Shown here: positions 22,555 through 33,500 of the stretch, piece after piece
How positions within the stretch are numbered: the stretch's first letter is position 1
How the letters are laid out: every line of letters starts with the position of its first letter
Origin: Nitrospirales bacterium
GTDB taxonomy: Bacteria; Nitrospirota; Nitrospiria; Nitrospirales; UBA8639
Reading direction: 5' to 3'
DNA length: 64,000 nucleotides
NCBI GenBank assembly: GCA_965203295.1
Contig: CBDBCZ010000019.1
Span: forward strand, 1,600,001-1,664,000
Program-made: the position numbers and the translations under genes
The notes under the pieces: generated by a model
The model's database searches: none
What the model was told of the DNA's origin: nothing
The model's input: the letters and a program-made list of their open reading frames with translations, nothing else

Positions 22555-23295
22555 TTAACCCAACCCCCGGCCGCTCATTCCTCCACCGAATCCGCCAAAA
22601 TTCCCGCCGAATCCCCCTTGCCCAGTCCCCCAATATTCTCCACGACGCCAGCGTTGGAAGGGATGACTTCGTTCTGGACGTGTAAACCGCCAAAGCGCAA
22701 TCAACATGACCACGACTGCGCTCAGATTCATCCAAAAGCCGGCACTCGACTTTTTTTTGCCCCCCGAAGGCGCTGGCATTTGCCCAGCATCAGAAGCGAG
22801 CAAGACCGTGGCTTGGTATAGGTGTTCCCCGTAATCACCAACTTGAAACATAGACATAAAATGCCGATCTCGAAGGTCATCTAATCGGCTTCTGGTAATG
22901 CCGGAGAGAAGATTAGGACCCAAAACTACGACAGCTTGCTGTTCTTCCATTGCCGTCAGGACCAAAATGCCGCGCTCTTGTTGTGCAGTTCCGATTCGCC
23001 ACCCCTCATATAACTTGGCCCCATATTCCTGCGCATTGGCCAAAGGAGAAACTGTGGGGAGAGTGACCACGATCATCTCGATGCCAGTTCGGTCTTCGAG
23101 TTCTTTACAGGCGGATCGAATTCGAGCTTGCCATACATCATCCAAAATCTCTGCATAATCACTCACATAGCCAAGTGGTCTTGGCAGGTTGAGTTGTTCT
23201 TCTGTTGCAGAAGCAGCCTGGCAAGGGAGAAAGAACACCATGAGAGCGAGGAGATAGAGTATGGGTGACCTTGCGCGATTCTTGATTGATTTCAC
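22555..23295 (-). CDS. TPM domain-containing membrane protein
   Basis: Signal peptide, GYVSDYAEIL, WRIG...GILVL, one TM helix, Gly-rich tail GGFGGNFGGFGGG. Confidence 0.88.
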   Translation of the reverse strand: MKSIKNRARSPILYLLALMVFFLPCQAASATEEQLNLPRPLGYVSDYAEILDDVWQARIRSACKELEDRTGIEMIVVTLPTVSPLANAQEYGAKLYEGWRIGTAQQERGILVLTAMEEQQAVVVLGPNLLSGITRSRLDDLRDRHFMSMFQVGDYGEHLYQATVLLASDAGQMPAPSGGKKKSSAGFWMNLSAVVVMLIALWRFTRPERSHPFQRWRRGEYWGTGQGGFGGNFGGFGGGMSGRGLG

Positions 23296-24056
23296 AACTC
23301 ACCCGCGCTTTTCATTTCTTGAATTCGGAGCCCTATGCTTTCCAACGAAGCCACATATCGTTCGAACAGACGTGGCAACTCTATGGTTCCCGGACTGCCT
23401 AAATCACGTTTCATCGTCAAGACTTCCTCAAAAACCATGGGCTCTACCTGGAGATTTTCCTTGAGTTGTTTAAGCACCGCCTCAGAATCGTAACTCACCG
23501 TTTTCCGGAGAATTCGATAGAGTCCTCGAAGGCACGGAAGCAGGGCCGTAAGAGAAATAGGCAGTATCGTTTGAATGGCCTCAGGCCGACCCCTACCCTC
23601 CACAAACTGCTGGCGTAGTCTTAGCAGATTACCTTGAATTTCCTGTTCACACAAAAGGGTAAGATGACTTTCGTTGATTGGTAATCTGGGAAAAGGATTT
23701 TGCCCTTCAAGCACGATATGCTGATCCCTCATTTCGAGAAACTCCAGAGGGAAAAGATCAGCCGCCACCCTTAACTCCCCTTCTGTAAAAAATAAGGGAG
23801 TCACGATGTTCTCCTGGCTCCAAGACCGTTGCATTCTGGCACATTCTTGAAGCATCACTAAATTCACTTGTGCCATGAGCAAAAGGACATTGATGTTGGA
23901 CCGTCCTTCAATATATTCGCCTCTTGCCACACTGCCATAGAGGATGATCCCCAGAATATCGTCGCCGAAGGATTTTTTTAATTGAGCCACAAAACGGGAA
24001 AGTCTCTCTCGTACATCTTTCGGCGTATCCTGGTAGGTTGTTGTTAAGGAAGTCAT
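23292..24056 (-). CDS. nucleotidyltransferase-fold protein (catalytic DxD replaced by NxN)
   Basis: ILYGSVARGEY...SNINVLL, DLFPLEFLEM; 4-nt GTGA overlap with the TPM gene. Confidence 0.8.
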   Translation of the reverse strand: MTSLTTTYQDTPKDVRERLSRFVAQLKKSFGDDILGIILYGSVARGEYIEGRSNINVLLLMAQVNLVMLQECARMQRSWSQENIVTPLFFTEGELRVAADLFPLEFLEMRDQHIVLEGQNPFPRLPINESHLTLLCEQEIQGNLLRLRQQFVEGRGRPEAIQTILPISLTALLPCLRGLYRILRKTVSYDSEAVLKQLKENLQVEPMVFEEVLTMKRDLGSPGTIELPRLFERYVASLESIGLRIQEMKSAGEL

Positions 24057-24090
24057 ATGGGCATGAGTGAGTAAGGAGGATTTATCCTAT

Positions 24091-25371
24091 TTAATGCGTT
24101 GATGAAAATGCATTCGCGGGGATTCGATCCGCATACGGGTCAGGCAATAACCTTGCAGCTTGAAGGCGATCAAGAAGCCCAAATGGAGCTGTTTCTCGCA
24201 AGCCGGCTGTTGCTTCCAGTACCTGGTACCGAAGACGCTTATTCCGATCCAACGTGGTAAATACACGGTTCCGTAAAAAGACTAACACGGGGTTTCCTGC
24301 GTTCCAAAAAAAGACTTCTTCATCCGCTAAACGTTGCAGCATTTCGACCTGAGGTCGTCGTCGTTTTTCAAAGGCTTTTAAAGCTTGAGCAGAGAAATCT
24401 TCTTGTTCCAAAAAGGATGGAATGAGATCAGCTAACGTGATCGCATCAACCATCGCCTGCATCCGGCCCTGTGAAGCATGAGGATTCATGCCGTGAGCGG
24501 CATCCCCGATGAGTACCGCTCCATCGCTGACCCAGGATTTTGCGCGGACACGTCCGGTTGGCATGTAGGCCGTTTGAGGCCAATCTTCAAAATGGTCAAA
24601 TGTTTGAGTAAGCTCGGGACAAATGGCTTTCCACCTCGACCGTAATGCTTGGGCACCACTTTGTTTCACCTTCGGCATGGAACCAGAATGAATCATATAG
24701 AAAAGAAACATTTGTCTCTCCGCAGCCGGAAAGATGCCAAGGATTTCTTGTTCTCCCAAAAAATATTGTGCCTCATCCAATCCCTCCGGGCACGGCAATA
24801 TAGAAATAAGATAACTTTCAGAATACCGGTGAAGGTGCGTCGGAACTCTCAAAGCCTCCCGCACCTGGGACAATGGTCCATCAGCCCCTACCACGAGTTT
24901 AGCCTCAATCCGAAGCCTTTCCCCCTGCTTTTCGGCGATCACGCCCGCAACCCGATTCCCCTCTCTGAATACCTCCTTGAATGTACTCTTATACCATAAT
25001 CCACCAGGATTCTGAGATTCTAAGGCCTTCAGCACAGCATGATGAACTGTATTGGGAAGCGTAACGAGGGCGCGGTTGTATGGGGGTGGCAGCATATCAT
25101 AATCAATAGTACACAATCGTTTCCCATCTATTTGCCTGAAATGGAAAAATCTTACTGGGCAAACCGTGTTAGAAGGAAATGTATGAAGCAATCCGAGGTT
25201 ATCCATCACTCGTTGACCATTGGGCTGTAGAATTTCCCCACGAAGTCCTTCTGGTGGACCAGAAGCTTGCTCAAGTATCAGCGTATTGATGCCTTTTTGC
25301 GCAAGGGCACATCCTAAGATTGCTCCGCCACCACCTGCTCCGATGATCAGAACATCTGTTTTCGTATCCAT
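24091..25371 (-). CDS. FAD-dependent monooxygenase (UbiH-like/FAD_binding_3)
   Basis: IIGAGGGG, VVGADG..S.VR, LIGDAAH.MNP..SQG. Confidence 0.9.
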   Translation of the reverse strand: MDTKTDVLIIGAGGGGAILGCALAQKGINTLILEQASGPPEGLRGEILQPNGQRVMDNLGLLHTFPSNTVCPVRFFHFRQIDGKRLCTIDYDMLPPPYNRALVTLPNTVHHAVLKALESQNPGGLWYKSTFKEVFREGNRVAGVIAEKQGERLRIEAKLVVGADGPLSQVREALRVPTHLHRYSESYLISILPCPEGLDEAQYFLGEQEILGIFPAAERQMFLFYMIHSGSMPKVKQSGAQALRSRWKAICPELTQTFDHFEDWPQTAYMPTGRVRAKSWVSDGAVLIGDAAHGMNPHASQGRMQAMVDAITLADLIPSFLEQEDFSAQALKAFEKRRRPQVEMLQRLADEEVFFWNAGNPVLVFLRNRVFTTLDRNKRLRYQVLEATAGLRETAPFGLLDRLQAARLLPDPYADRIPANAFSSTH

Positions 25372-25511
25372 ATACGGTCTTGTTGATAGTGAAACAAATC
25401 CGCTAAGTGTGTCTCATGACGTGCTCAACGTTAAGAGCGTTCCTGCTGGTTGGGTTCTTTGAGCAGCCTGGGTACTTTTTGATATCTCGAAACAAGGCAG
25501 GGACGATCAGT

Positions 25512-25889
25512 CTACCCTTCTTCAAAAATCTCCTGGAAATGATCCCCCGCTTCTTCCCACGCAGTTGGACTAGTCTCAATAAGCCATTTTTTGAGGAAGG
25601 ATTTTTGATCCGAGGTGAGCATCTGTTTTATTTGGTGAGTACGTCCTTGAAGTGGTTGGAGAAAACCGGTTTGTTTGCTGGGATCTAATGTTGCGGTGCG
25701 AACATAAATGTTTGTATAGGCCGTGGGCGTATCGTCTTTCTCTTCACCCTGGAGCCATACAGATATGTACTTTTCCATGTTAAGCCCAGAACTATCCAGC
25801 GCAGGGGCGGTTTCATGAAATAACTCATTCTCGATTTCACGCAGGGGAACCGCTTCCCCTTCCCGAAATAGGAAATTTTTATTCCACAT
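25512..25889 (-). CDS. hypothetical protein
   Basis: 125-aa ORF collinear with its neighbours, with protein-like composition. Confidence 0.65.
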   Translation of the reverse strand: MWNKNFLFREGEAVPLREIENELFHETAPALDSSGLNMEKYISVWLQGEEKDDTPTAYTNIYVRTATLDPSKQTGFLQPLQGRTHQIKQMLTSDQKSFLKKWLIETSPTAWEEAGDHFQEIFEEG

Positions 25890-26127
25890 TGCGACAAGAA
25901 TTACAGTCTATGCGATGGCACGGTTATACAGAGGATCCACATACTGTCAGGCTCTAAAAGGAAAAGTCAACACAACGCCAATGAAGCATCAAAGGTGTGT
26001 TTCAAGTTTTGGATTTTGCCTAGAAGAATAGGGTATCATCGCTATTGTTGATGAAAAAGATACTGGCCGAAGAAGATATTCATTTCTTCTGGGATGTTTT
26101 TTATTTCTCACTGTAGGGGGTAATCTC

Positions 26128-26748
26128 ATGAAACGTGCATATTTTCGATCTGGCCTTGCCGCCATTTTTCTTTTAGTCTTATCTGGGTGTCCAGGTTCAG
26201 GGACTTTGATCAATTTAGACGTTCCCGCCTTTACTCCTAAGGAAGAGGAGTCTCATGAAGGGCTCAAAGTCGCTGTCCACCCCTTTGCTGATGGCTTTGA
26301 AAACACTGGGGATTTAGGAATTCTGACGCATTTTTGGGGAGGAACGACTCGATTCACGGCCTGGAATGGGACGTTGGGTCCAGGGATGACGAAGGGAATT
26401 ATTGAATACCTCAATCAAAGCGGCTGGCAAGCCCAGCTGGCTGAAGAAACTAAATCTGGTTCTCCAGATGTTGAATTATGGGGAACGATTAGAGAATTGA
26501 CGACAGACGCCAAGAGTGGTTTTGGGAATACAGAATTAGAAGTGAACACGATCATTGAATATAAGGCCAAAAATTTAGTTGATGGGAGCATCGAGCGTAT
26601 TACGGTTGGCTCCGGTGGGACCAACACGGTTATGTGGTTCGAACCTGAAGATATGGAAAAATTGGTTTATACTGCATTATTGGCAAATATTTATGAATTG
26701 TTAGATAAAACTGAGGTAAAAGGTCGTGCGTTGAAACGTCGGATATAA
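26128..26748 (+). CDS. putative lipoprotein (YajG-like)
   Basis: Lipobox LSGC after a basic and hydrophobic signal; alpha/beta pattern KVAVHPFAD...PDVELWGTIRE. Confidence 0.7.
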   Translation: MKRAYFRSGLAAIFLLVLSGCPGSGTLINLDVPAFTPKEEESHEGLKVAVHPFADGFENTGDLGILTHFWGGTTRFTAWNGTLGPGMTKGIIEYLNQSGWQAQLAEETKSGSPDVELWGTIRELTTDAKSGFGNTELEVNTIIEYKAKNLVDGSIERITVGSGGTNTVMWFEPEDMEKLVYTALLANIYELLDKTEVKGRALKRRI

Positions 26749-26826
26749 CCATCCACCATGTGAGAGTATTCGCATTAATTATTGGAAAACAACTGAAAGA
26801 GAAAAGGGGCAAGAAGTTAACGAACA

Positions 26827-27234
26827 TTAAACCTTTCCGAACCATGTGTAACGATATCTGGCAATAAGTCGATACACCAAGCGAATCAACATTCTGAAAG
26901 GAGGAATTCTCCACAAGGCCAAAACAAACGTTCCCCCATAGAGCTTGGGCAAAAATGGGAAAAATGCCTCTGGTCCTCTATGAATTGCTCCTTGTGTTTC
27001 CACGAAATACGCAATCTTTGGTGTTCCGAGTTGGTATTCCGTGCCAAGGGCATGTTGAGCCTCTTCGGACTGGTAAGGGATAAACTCGACATTAACCGCA
27101 ATCTGCTGCCGTTCCAATGTTTCCTTGATTGAAGTGCACAGTTTGCATTCACCATCATAGATCAGAAGGTCGCTCAGGTCTTTCCAGTCGGGCACGTGAC
27201 CACTTGTGAATGGTTTCTGATCCCCTGTCCCCAT
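26827..27234 (-). CDS. DCC1-like thiol-disulfide oxidoreductase (DUF393)
   Basis: LIYDGECKLC (DxxCxxC) and YRLIARYRYTWFG. Confidence 0.88.
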   Translation of the reverse strand: MGTGDQKPFTSGHVPDWKDLSDLLIYDGECKLCTSIKETLERQQIAVNVEFIPYQSEEAQHALGTEYQLGTPKIAYFVETQGAIHRGPEAFFPFLPKLYGGTFVLALWRIPPFRMLIRLVYRLIARYRYTWFGKV

Positions 27235-27338
27235 AGACTCGATCTTCCATTCCGATGTTGCGATTCCTCTCTCTAACTATAGTCAGCTATTGATTTAGTT
27301 TCCATCTCCTAATTCTAGGTTTAATTTTTTAATCTTGG

Positions 27339-28370
27339 TCAGACTTTAAACGTTTTGGCAATATCACTGGGCTTAAAAACTCCCTTTTCCGTAATAATCG
27401 CAGTCACCAATTCAGCCGGGGTAATGTCAAAAGCAAGATTCCTCACCTGCGCTCCTTTGGGTGCAATCGAGCTCCCGCTAAATAACGAAGTGACTTCCTG
27501 TTGATGACGCTCCTCAATCGGAATGAGATCGCCAGATGCCGTATTCAGATCTATCGTGGAGGAGGGAGCGGCCACATAAAATGGTAATCCATGAGCATTG
27601 GCTAACACAGCTACTGAGTATGTCCCTATCTTGTTTGCAACGTCCCCATTGGCGGCAATCCGGTCAGCCCCCACGATGCAGAGGTTGATCAAACGTTGTC
27701 TCATAAACGTCCCAGCCATGTTGTCAGTAATAAGCGTCACAGGGATATGATCTTGCATCAATTCCCAGGCAGTTAATCGAGCACCTTGAAGAACCGGTCT
27801 GGTTTCATCGGCATAAACGTGAATCTTTTTCCCCTGCTCCCATGCAGCCCGTACGACACCTAAGGCAGTACCATAACCGGCAGTAGCGAGAGCTCCAGCG
27901 TTGCAATGGGTCAGAATGTGCTGACCATCACCTATCAGCCTGGCGCCGTGAGCACCCATGGCCTTATTCATCGCGATATCTTCATCCAAAATATTTTGAG
28001 CTTCTTTGAGCAGAAGATCTTTTAAATCCGCAACTGATGTTTCTCGTCCCCGGACAATGACTTTTTTCATCCGTTCAAGTGCCCAAAATAAATTGACCGC
28101 AGTAGGACGGGTTTTGCCTAAATGCTCACAAATTGACAATACTCCGTCTTGAAATGACTCATAGTGAGTTTCTGTCAACGCTCTTGCGCCTAGCGCCACC
28201 CCAAGGGCCGCAGTGACCCCAATCGCGGGTGCCCCTCTCACACGTAATTCCCGAATGGCGTTTGCGACAGAGTAATAGTCTTGGCATTCCAGAATGGTAA
28301 CCTTTTCAGGCAATAACGATTGATCAAGCAATCGCACCACCCCATCTCGCCATTCTACTGTCGGAATCAT
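27339..28370 (-). CDS. mtnA: S-methyl-5-thioribose-1-phosphate isomerase
   Basis: [51 protein letters not shown]. Confidence 0.97.
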   Translation of the reverse strand: MIPTVEWRDGVVRLLDQSLLPEKVTILECQDYYSVANAIRELRVRGAPAIGVTAALGVALGARALTETHYESFQDGVLSICEHLGKTRPTAVNLFWALERMKKVIVRGRETSVADLKDLLLKEAQNILDEDIAMNKAMGAHGARLIGDGQHILTHCNAGALATAGYGTALGVVRAAWEQGKKIHVYADETRPVLQGARLTAWELMQDHIPVTLITDNMAGTFMRQRLINLCIVGADRIAANGDVANKIGTYSVAVLANAHGLPFYVAAPSSTIDLNTASGDLIPIEERHQQEVTSLFSGSSIAPKGAQVRNLAFDITPAELVTAIITEKGVFKPSDIAKTFKV

Positions 28371-28386
28371 GCCCTCACTGTCCTCA

Positions 28387-28518
28387 AAGTTTCGAGTTCC
28401 GGGTTTAAAGTTTCGGGTTATAAGAAAACGTGGGACATTCTGAACAATGCCAAACGGCTTTTCGCGCTAAACTCGCAACTCCAATCTTTTTAAACTCGAA
28501 CTCTTAAACTCGAAACTT
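28387..28518. repeat. inverted array of heptamer repeats (RRGTTTC-like ... TAAACTC-like)
   Basis: AAGTTTC GAGTTCC GGGTTTA AAGTTTC GGGTTAT, followed by TAAACTC GCAACTC ... TAAACTC GAACTCT TAAACTC GAAACTT. Confidence 0.8.
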
Positions 28519-28523
28519 TAAAA

Positions 28524-29975
28524 TCACCCCTTGATATTGCCAATGGGCAACAATTCAGCCACTTTTTTGGTTATCCCTGCCTTATCAACCGTCTCGACGA
28601 CATCAGAAATATTTTTGTACGCCACACCCGCTTCCTCAGCAAGCCCTGACATGGAAACGGCCTTCACCATGATCCCCCGTTTCGCCATCGGTTGCTGAAG
28701 GAGATTCCCTTTAATGGTGCGCTTAGCCTGGGCTCTCGACATCGTGCGACCAGCGCCATGCATGGTAGAGCCAAAGGTTTCGTCCATTGCATGAGTCGTG
28801 CCGACTAAGAGATAGGAACCGGTTTCCATTGATCCACCACAAATGACCGGTTGTCCAATGTCTCGGTATCGATCAGGCATTTCTGGACATTTTTGGCCAA
28901 AAGCCCTCGTAGCGCCTTTTCGATGGACTAACAAGGGTCCTTCCGCGTACGTTTCAACCTTGGCGATATTGTGTGCGACATCATAGACAAGATGCATGCC
29001 CAGTGATTCCGAAGATTGTCCAAAAACATCCTTAAACGTTTCTCGAATTTGGTGGGTAATGACTTGCCGATTGGCAAACGCCATATTCGCGGCACCGTTC
29101 ATGCCAGAAAAATACGTTTGTCCTTCTACAGACTGAAATGGTGCACAGGCAAGCTGCCGATCATGAACGGAAATGCCATATTGTCGCATCGCTTTCTCGA
29201 AAACTTTCAAAGCATTACTGGCTACCTGATGGCCAAACCCGCGCGAACCGCAGTGGACCATGACGACAATCTGATTATCGCCATGGATTCCAAAAGCTTC
29301 TGCAGAACGCAAATCATAGATTCGATCTTTTGAGGCAACCTGGATTTCAAGGTAATGATTTCCGGACCCAAGCGTCCCTAATTGTGAAATCCCTCTTTCT
29401 ATCGCACGCTCAGAGAAGCAATCAGGATCAACTCCAGACACACACCCGTGTTCTTCTGTATAAAGAAGGTCCTCATTCCACCCAAATCCTTTGTCCACAC
29501 TCCACCAGGCCCCTTGTTGAGCAATATGCTGAACATCTCGTTTGCTGAGTAAAACAGAACCCTTTGATCCTACACCCGCAGGGACTCGCCGAAATAATTC
29601 CGTCATGAGTTTGTCGAGTCGAGGCTGAACCTCATTCAATGTAAGGTCCGTTCGGATAAGTCGCATTCCACAGTTGATGTCATATCCGACACCGCCTGGC
29701 GAAATAATGCCTTTTTGAAGATCAAAAGCGGCAACTCCTCCAATAGGAAACCCATAGCCCCAATGCCCATCAGGCATGCAGAACGCATACCGGCGGATGC
29801 CGGGCAAACACGCTACATTCGTCACTTGTTCAAAAACCCCATCATCCAATTGAGAAAATATATTATCTGAGGCATACACTCGAGCAGGCACATGCATGCC
29901 TCTTTTTTCAGTGGGAGGGATTTCCCACAACACATCTGAAACTTGATTCACGATCATTCGCTTTGACATGGCCAT
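28524..29975 (-). CDS. rtcB: RNA-splicing/repair ligase RtcB (archaeal/eukaryotic-like clade)
   Basis: MPDGHWGYGFPIGG, GYDINCG, GSGNHYLE, HCGSRG, HRKGAT, HGAGR (His nucleophile). Confidence 0.97.
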   Translation of the reverse strand: MAMSKRMIVNQVSDVLWEIPPTEKRGMHVPARVYASDNIFSQLDDGVFEQVTNVACLPGIRRYAFCMPDGHWGYGFPIGGVAAFDLQKGIISPGGVGYDINCGMRLIRTDLTLNEVQPRLDKLMTELFRRVPAGVGSKGSVLLSKRDVQHIAQQGAWWSVDKGFGWNEDLLYTEEHGCVSGVDPDCFSERAIERGISQLGTLGSGNHYLEIQVASKDRIYDLRSAEAFGIHGDNQIVVMVHCGSRGFGHQVASNALKVFEKAMRQYGISVHDRQLACAPFQSVEGQTYFSGMNGAANMAFANRQVITHQIRETFKDVFGQSSESLGMHLVYDVAHNIAKVETYAEGPLLVHRKGATRAFGQKCPEMPDRYRDIGQPVICGGSMETGSYLLVGTTHAMDETFGSTMHGAGRTMSRAQAKRTIKGNLLQQPMAKRGIMVKAVSMSGLAEEAGVAYKNISDVVETVDKAGITKKVAELLPIGNIKG

Positions 29976-29988
29976 TGGTAATACAAAA

Positions 29989-30072
29989 AAGTTTAAAGTT
30001 TCAGGCTTAAAGTTTCGCGTTAGTTACAAAACTCTCAATAAGCAGCTTGTTAACACTCATAACTTTACACTC
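29989..30072. repeat. second, more degenerate inverted heptamer array
   Basis: AAGTTTA AAGTTTC AGGCTTA AAGTTTC ... AACACTC ATAACTT TACACTC. Confidence 0.7.
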
Positions 30073-30102
30073 GAAGCAGCGGACTTGAAATATGATAGTG
30101 AT

Positions 30103-30543
30103 TTATACATCAACAACCACCTTTGCAACCCACCAACCATCTTCTTCTTTGATTTCGAACTGATGCTTCGTAATACCCTTAACATCGGTACCTAATTCAT
30201 GCTGTGCGAGGTTAATCGGCTCTCCCTGTATCGTACCATCGAGCGTCCAACCATTGCTTGCTAATGGGCCTAATACTGTCACGGATGTCATGCAGAGTAT
30301 CATACCCTCCGCATCCTTAAGAAAAACAATCATTGAAAGCCATTCGAAGAGCAGTGAGTCCAAATCCTCATCTTTGAGCGAAATTTCCCTTGACCAGTTT
30401 CCTCGGACCGTTGCAGGGTTGACCATGATTTGAATCAGTGCCTGGGCAGCCGCCATAAATAATTCTGCCGGAGAATCACCTCGAGCTTCAAACGCCGCAT
30501 CTGCCAAGGCAATATCTTCTAAAAACTTGAATTCTTTGGCCAT
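30103..30543 (-). CDS. archease
   Basis: FKFLEDIALAD..FEARG, DVKGITKH, AKVVVDV C-terminus; immediately upstream of rtcB. Confidence 0.93.
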   Translation of the reverse strand: MAKEFKFLEDIALADAAFEARGDSPAELFMAAAQALIQIMVNPATVRGNWSREISLKDEDLDSLLFEWLSMIVFLKDAEGMILCMTSVTVLGPLASNGWTLDGTIQGEPINLAQHELGTDVKGITKHQFEIKEEDGWWVAKVVVDV

Positions 30544-30575
30544 GCCCAAAAGCTGAAAACTAGGGAAGCAATTCT

Positions 30576-33500
30576 TTATTGTTGTGATTTGTCATCAGAT
30601 GTTTCATCAGATTCTTTAACGGATTCTTCCCCTACTTCTTCAGGAGTTAATATTTTAGCCGGAAGGGTGAGGGTATTTTTTAATACGGTAAAAGCGGTCA
30701 TTGCCAACCCGGTCAGTCCTGCCTTGAATGAATCGACAGGCAGGTAGGTCACTTCGGGTTCATCCATTGGCCCTTTTACCTCAAACAAAGCTGTAAGGAT
30801 CGCATTGTTATCCCCATCCAATAGCAAACTAAATACGGGTATTTTCTTTAACAAATCAGAATAGGAACCAAAGGGACTCACGGCAGTGATAAGGTTCAAC
30901 TGGTCATTGCCCATATCATATTCCCCTGCCGCAGTCATCCTTAAAACAGGTCCTTCTAGGACGATATCTTGCGACTTCATGACCCCATCCTGAATATCAA
31001 TTGTGGCGGTTTGTAAGTCAAAGGCGTATCCATCTTTGCCAAAATCAGCTTTGCCTTCGACCACAACTGGGAGATTCATGATCATAAGAATTTTGGGGAC
31101 AATCGTGCCCCGTTGAACATTCCCCTCCACAATCTTCATATCAAGCTTTCCATTCAATGTTGGAATCATTCCTTTTGGATCACGTCCGTGCCCTTCCACA
31201 TGACCGTTCACAGACAATTTTCCCGTAATGAAGCGTTTCTTTCGGGATTCCTCGTCGAGAAAGGTTTTTTCTAAATCACTCAAAGGAATTCCCTCTATAT
31301 GGGCTGAGGCTTTGACAGCGGCTGGTTTGTTTATTGGCAAATGGACCAAAACACTACCGTTCAGTTTTCCTTCATCTATTTTCCCATCTACATCGTTAAT
31401 TCCTACGTCGTTTTCTCGAATTACCAACTTCCCCTTTAACGTCTGAAATTGGAAATGTTTATACCATGCTCTATCAAACATCAATGCACTCTCAACTTCA
31501 GTCCGATCCGCAACGTGTTCCAAAAATATTCGAAGAGGCGAGCGTCCTCCTTTGGGGATCAAGAGTTCAAGGTCAAATTGGGGGGCATGCATGTCAAAGT
31601 TCACAATCGGGCGTGTTTCCCAATCCCGAATGGATCCAGCAAAGCGAGCGACATTCTCCTGCACATGAAATTCAAAGTCTTTTACCTCCGCCACATGATT
31701 GACCAATTTCATTCGAAGGAAAATATCGGTAACTGGAAAATCCAATCCAACATTATCCAATCGCCCATCCGTTAATGCCACCCATCCAGACTTATTCCAT
31801 CGTGTCCAATCAGTTCCTGCTCCTTTCAAGTCAAGAGAGATTGATAGTGTTCCATGTGGGATCACTCCCCTTCCAAGCACAACCCCTTTGGGCAGACGGT
31901 GAAGGACAAGTGGATCAAGTCCGAAGTATGCGAGAAACCTTAAAGAGGGATCAGTCCATATGGAACCACGTCCTGAAAGGTGCAATGGCAAAACATCGAA
32001 GTCCATTCGATCAAAAACAAACTGTTTTCCATCTTGAAATCTCACATCAAATGACAATGTGCCAGGCACTCCGCTTACCTTATGAAAAAACTGCGCCGCA
32101 GAAATATCTGCGTTTTCCAAATTTATGATTCCGGAGATCTTTGGCTTATCCAAAAGTCCAGAGAGGGCTAGCCAGCTATCGAGTATGCCACTTAGATAGC
32201 GCGCTACATGAGAATAGCCTGGGAATTCAGCTATGAGGTCCTGCGTCTGGAATTTACCTCTGATTTCAAGATCTTCAAATCTATTCGTTTCTTCAAAACG
32301 CAGTTTACCCCTGAGGTTAAACGGGCTCTTACCCATCATGCCGTCTAACGGCTCAAAACTGACATCCATCATAGAAAACCTGATGGTTCCTGTAAGATCC
32401 ATCAAAGGGGTTGCCACACCAGGAAATTTGATGGTCGTCCCTCTAGGCTGATAGACAGCGTCTTGGAATTCAAATTCATCGAGTTGCTGTAAAGGGCCAG
32501 CGAATCGGATCGAGAGTGCTCCTCCACCATTCAGACCCTGAAGCCCCCGGTAAAAATGTGCCGCTTTCGAATGTGCAAACACTTTTCTGAGAATCCTAAA
32601 CAAGGTTTTTACGGAGACATTCCCATTTAGTTCGGTTGCTAACCAGGGACCCGCTTCTCTGAATTCAATAAGTCCACTGGCAGGGGCAACCTGAATCGAA
32701 TTATAAAGACCCTGGAAATCAGAGAATCGGATCTGATCCGGTTGCAGGGAAATCAAACCGTTGACATTTTGCGCGACTCCCCAGGTATCCCCTAGATTCA
32801 ATCTTCCCCGTTCCAATCGAAATTTCCCAACAGTAGAAAATCGAACATCAGAGCGAAGGCTCCCTGTAATAGTCGCTGAGACGACTTGAATCGTCCCTCC
32901 AATTTTCCCTCGCGCAATAGCGTTTTGAAGGGCGGTTGGGAAGATATGCGGAGGAAGAAGGTACTTCAGACTACCTAATTCAACCGGTTGAGTTGCGACT
33001 GCAAGAGAGATCCTTGGTGACTCAGTGGTCATGAGCCCCGAGACGTTCACATTACCGGTTGCGGCAACAACCTGACTTTGCATTTCGAAGTTATTCAGAT
33101 CAAACTCATACCCCTGATTTCCAGGTCCGAATCGAAATTCTCCTTGTATGTTAGTCAAACCATGCATGGTCAACGCAGAGGAATCAATTTCGAAAAATTG
33201 ACTCATTTGTGCCAAATCAAATGAGGTGATATTGATCAATCCAGAAACCTGGACGGGAGCACGAACTTTGCTCTGTATTTGTGCAACCTGTGAAGGAAAC
33301 GGCCCTTGCTGAATCGTTCCACTCACAGAAAAAGTTGTTTTTTGATCTCGATTTGACATGTTTCCTGACAGCACGAAATTACGTGCATTTGAGCCTGCCA
33401 ATTTTGTTGCATTCACTCGAATGTTGTGCATCCGAAAGATGTTAAGATCCTGGGGGTGAGAATCATCCACTAATATCAATACGCCGTGGTTAATGTGGAT

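Noticed and set aside
28387..28518. CRISPR array
   Set aside because: Units are tandem 7-mers with no unique spacers, and no cas genes are present in the window.
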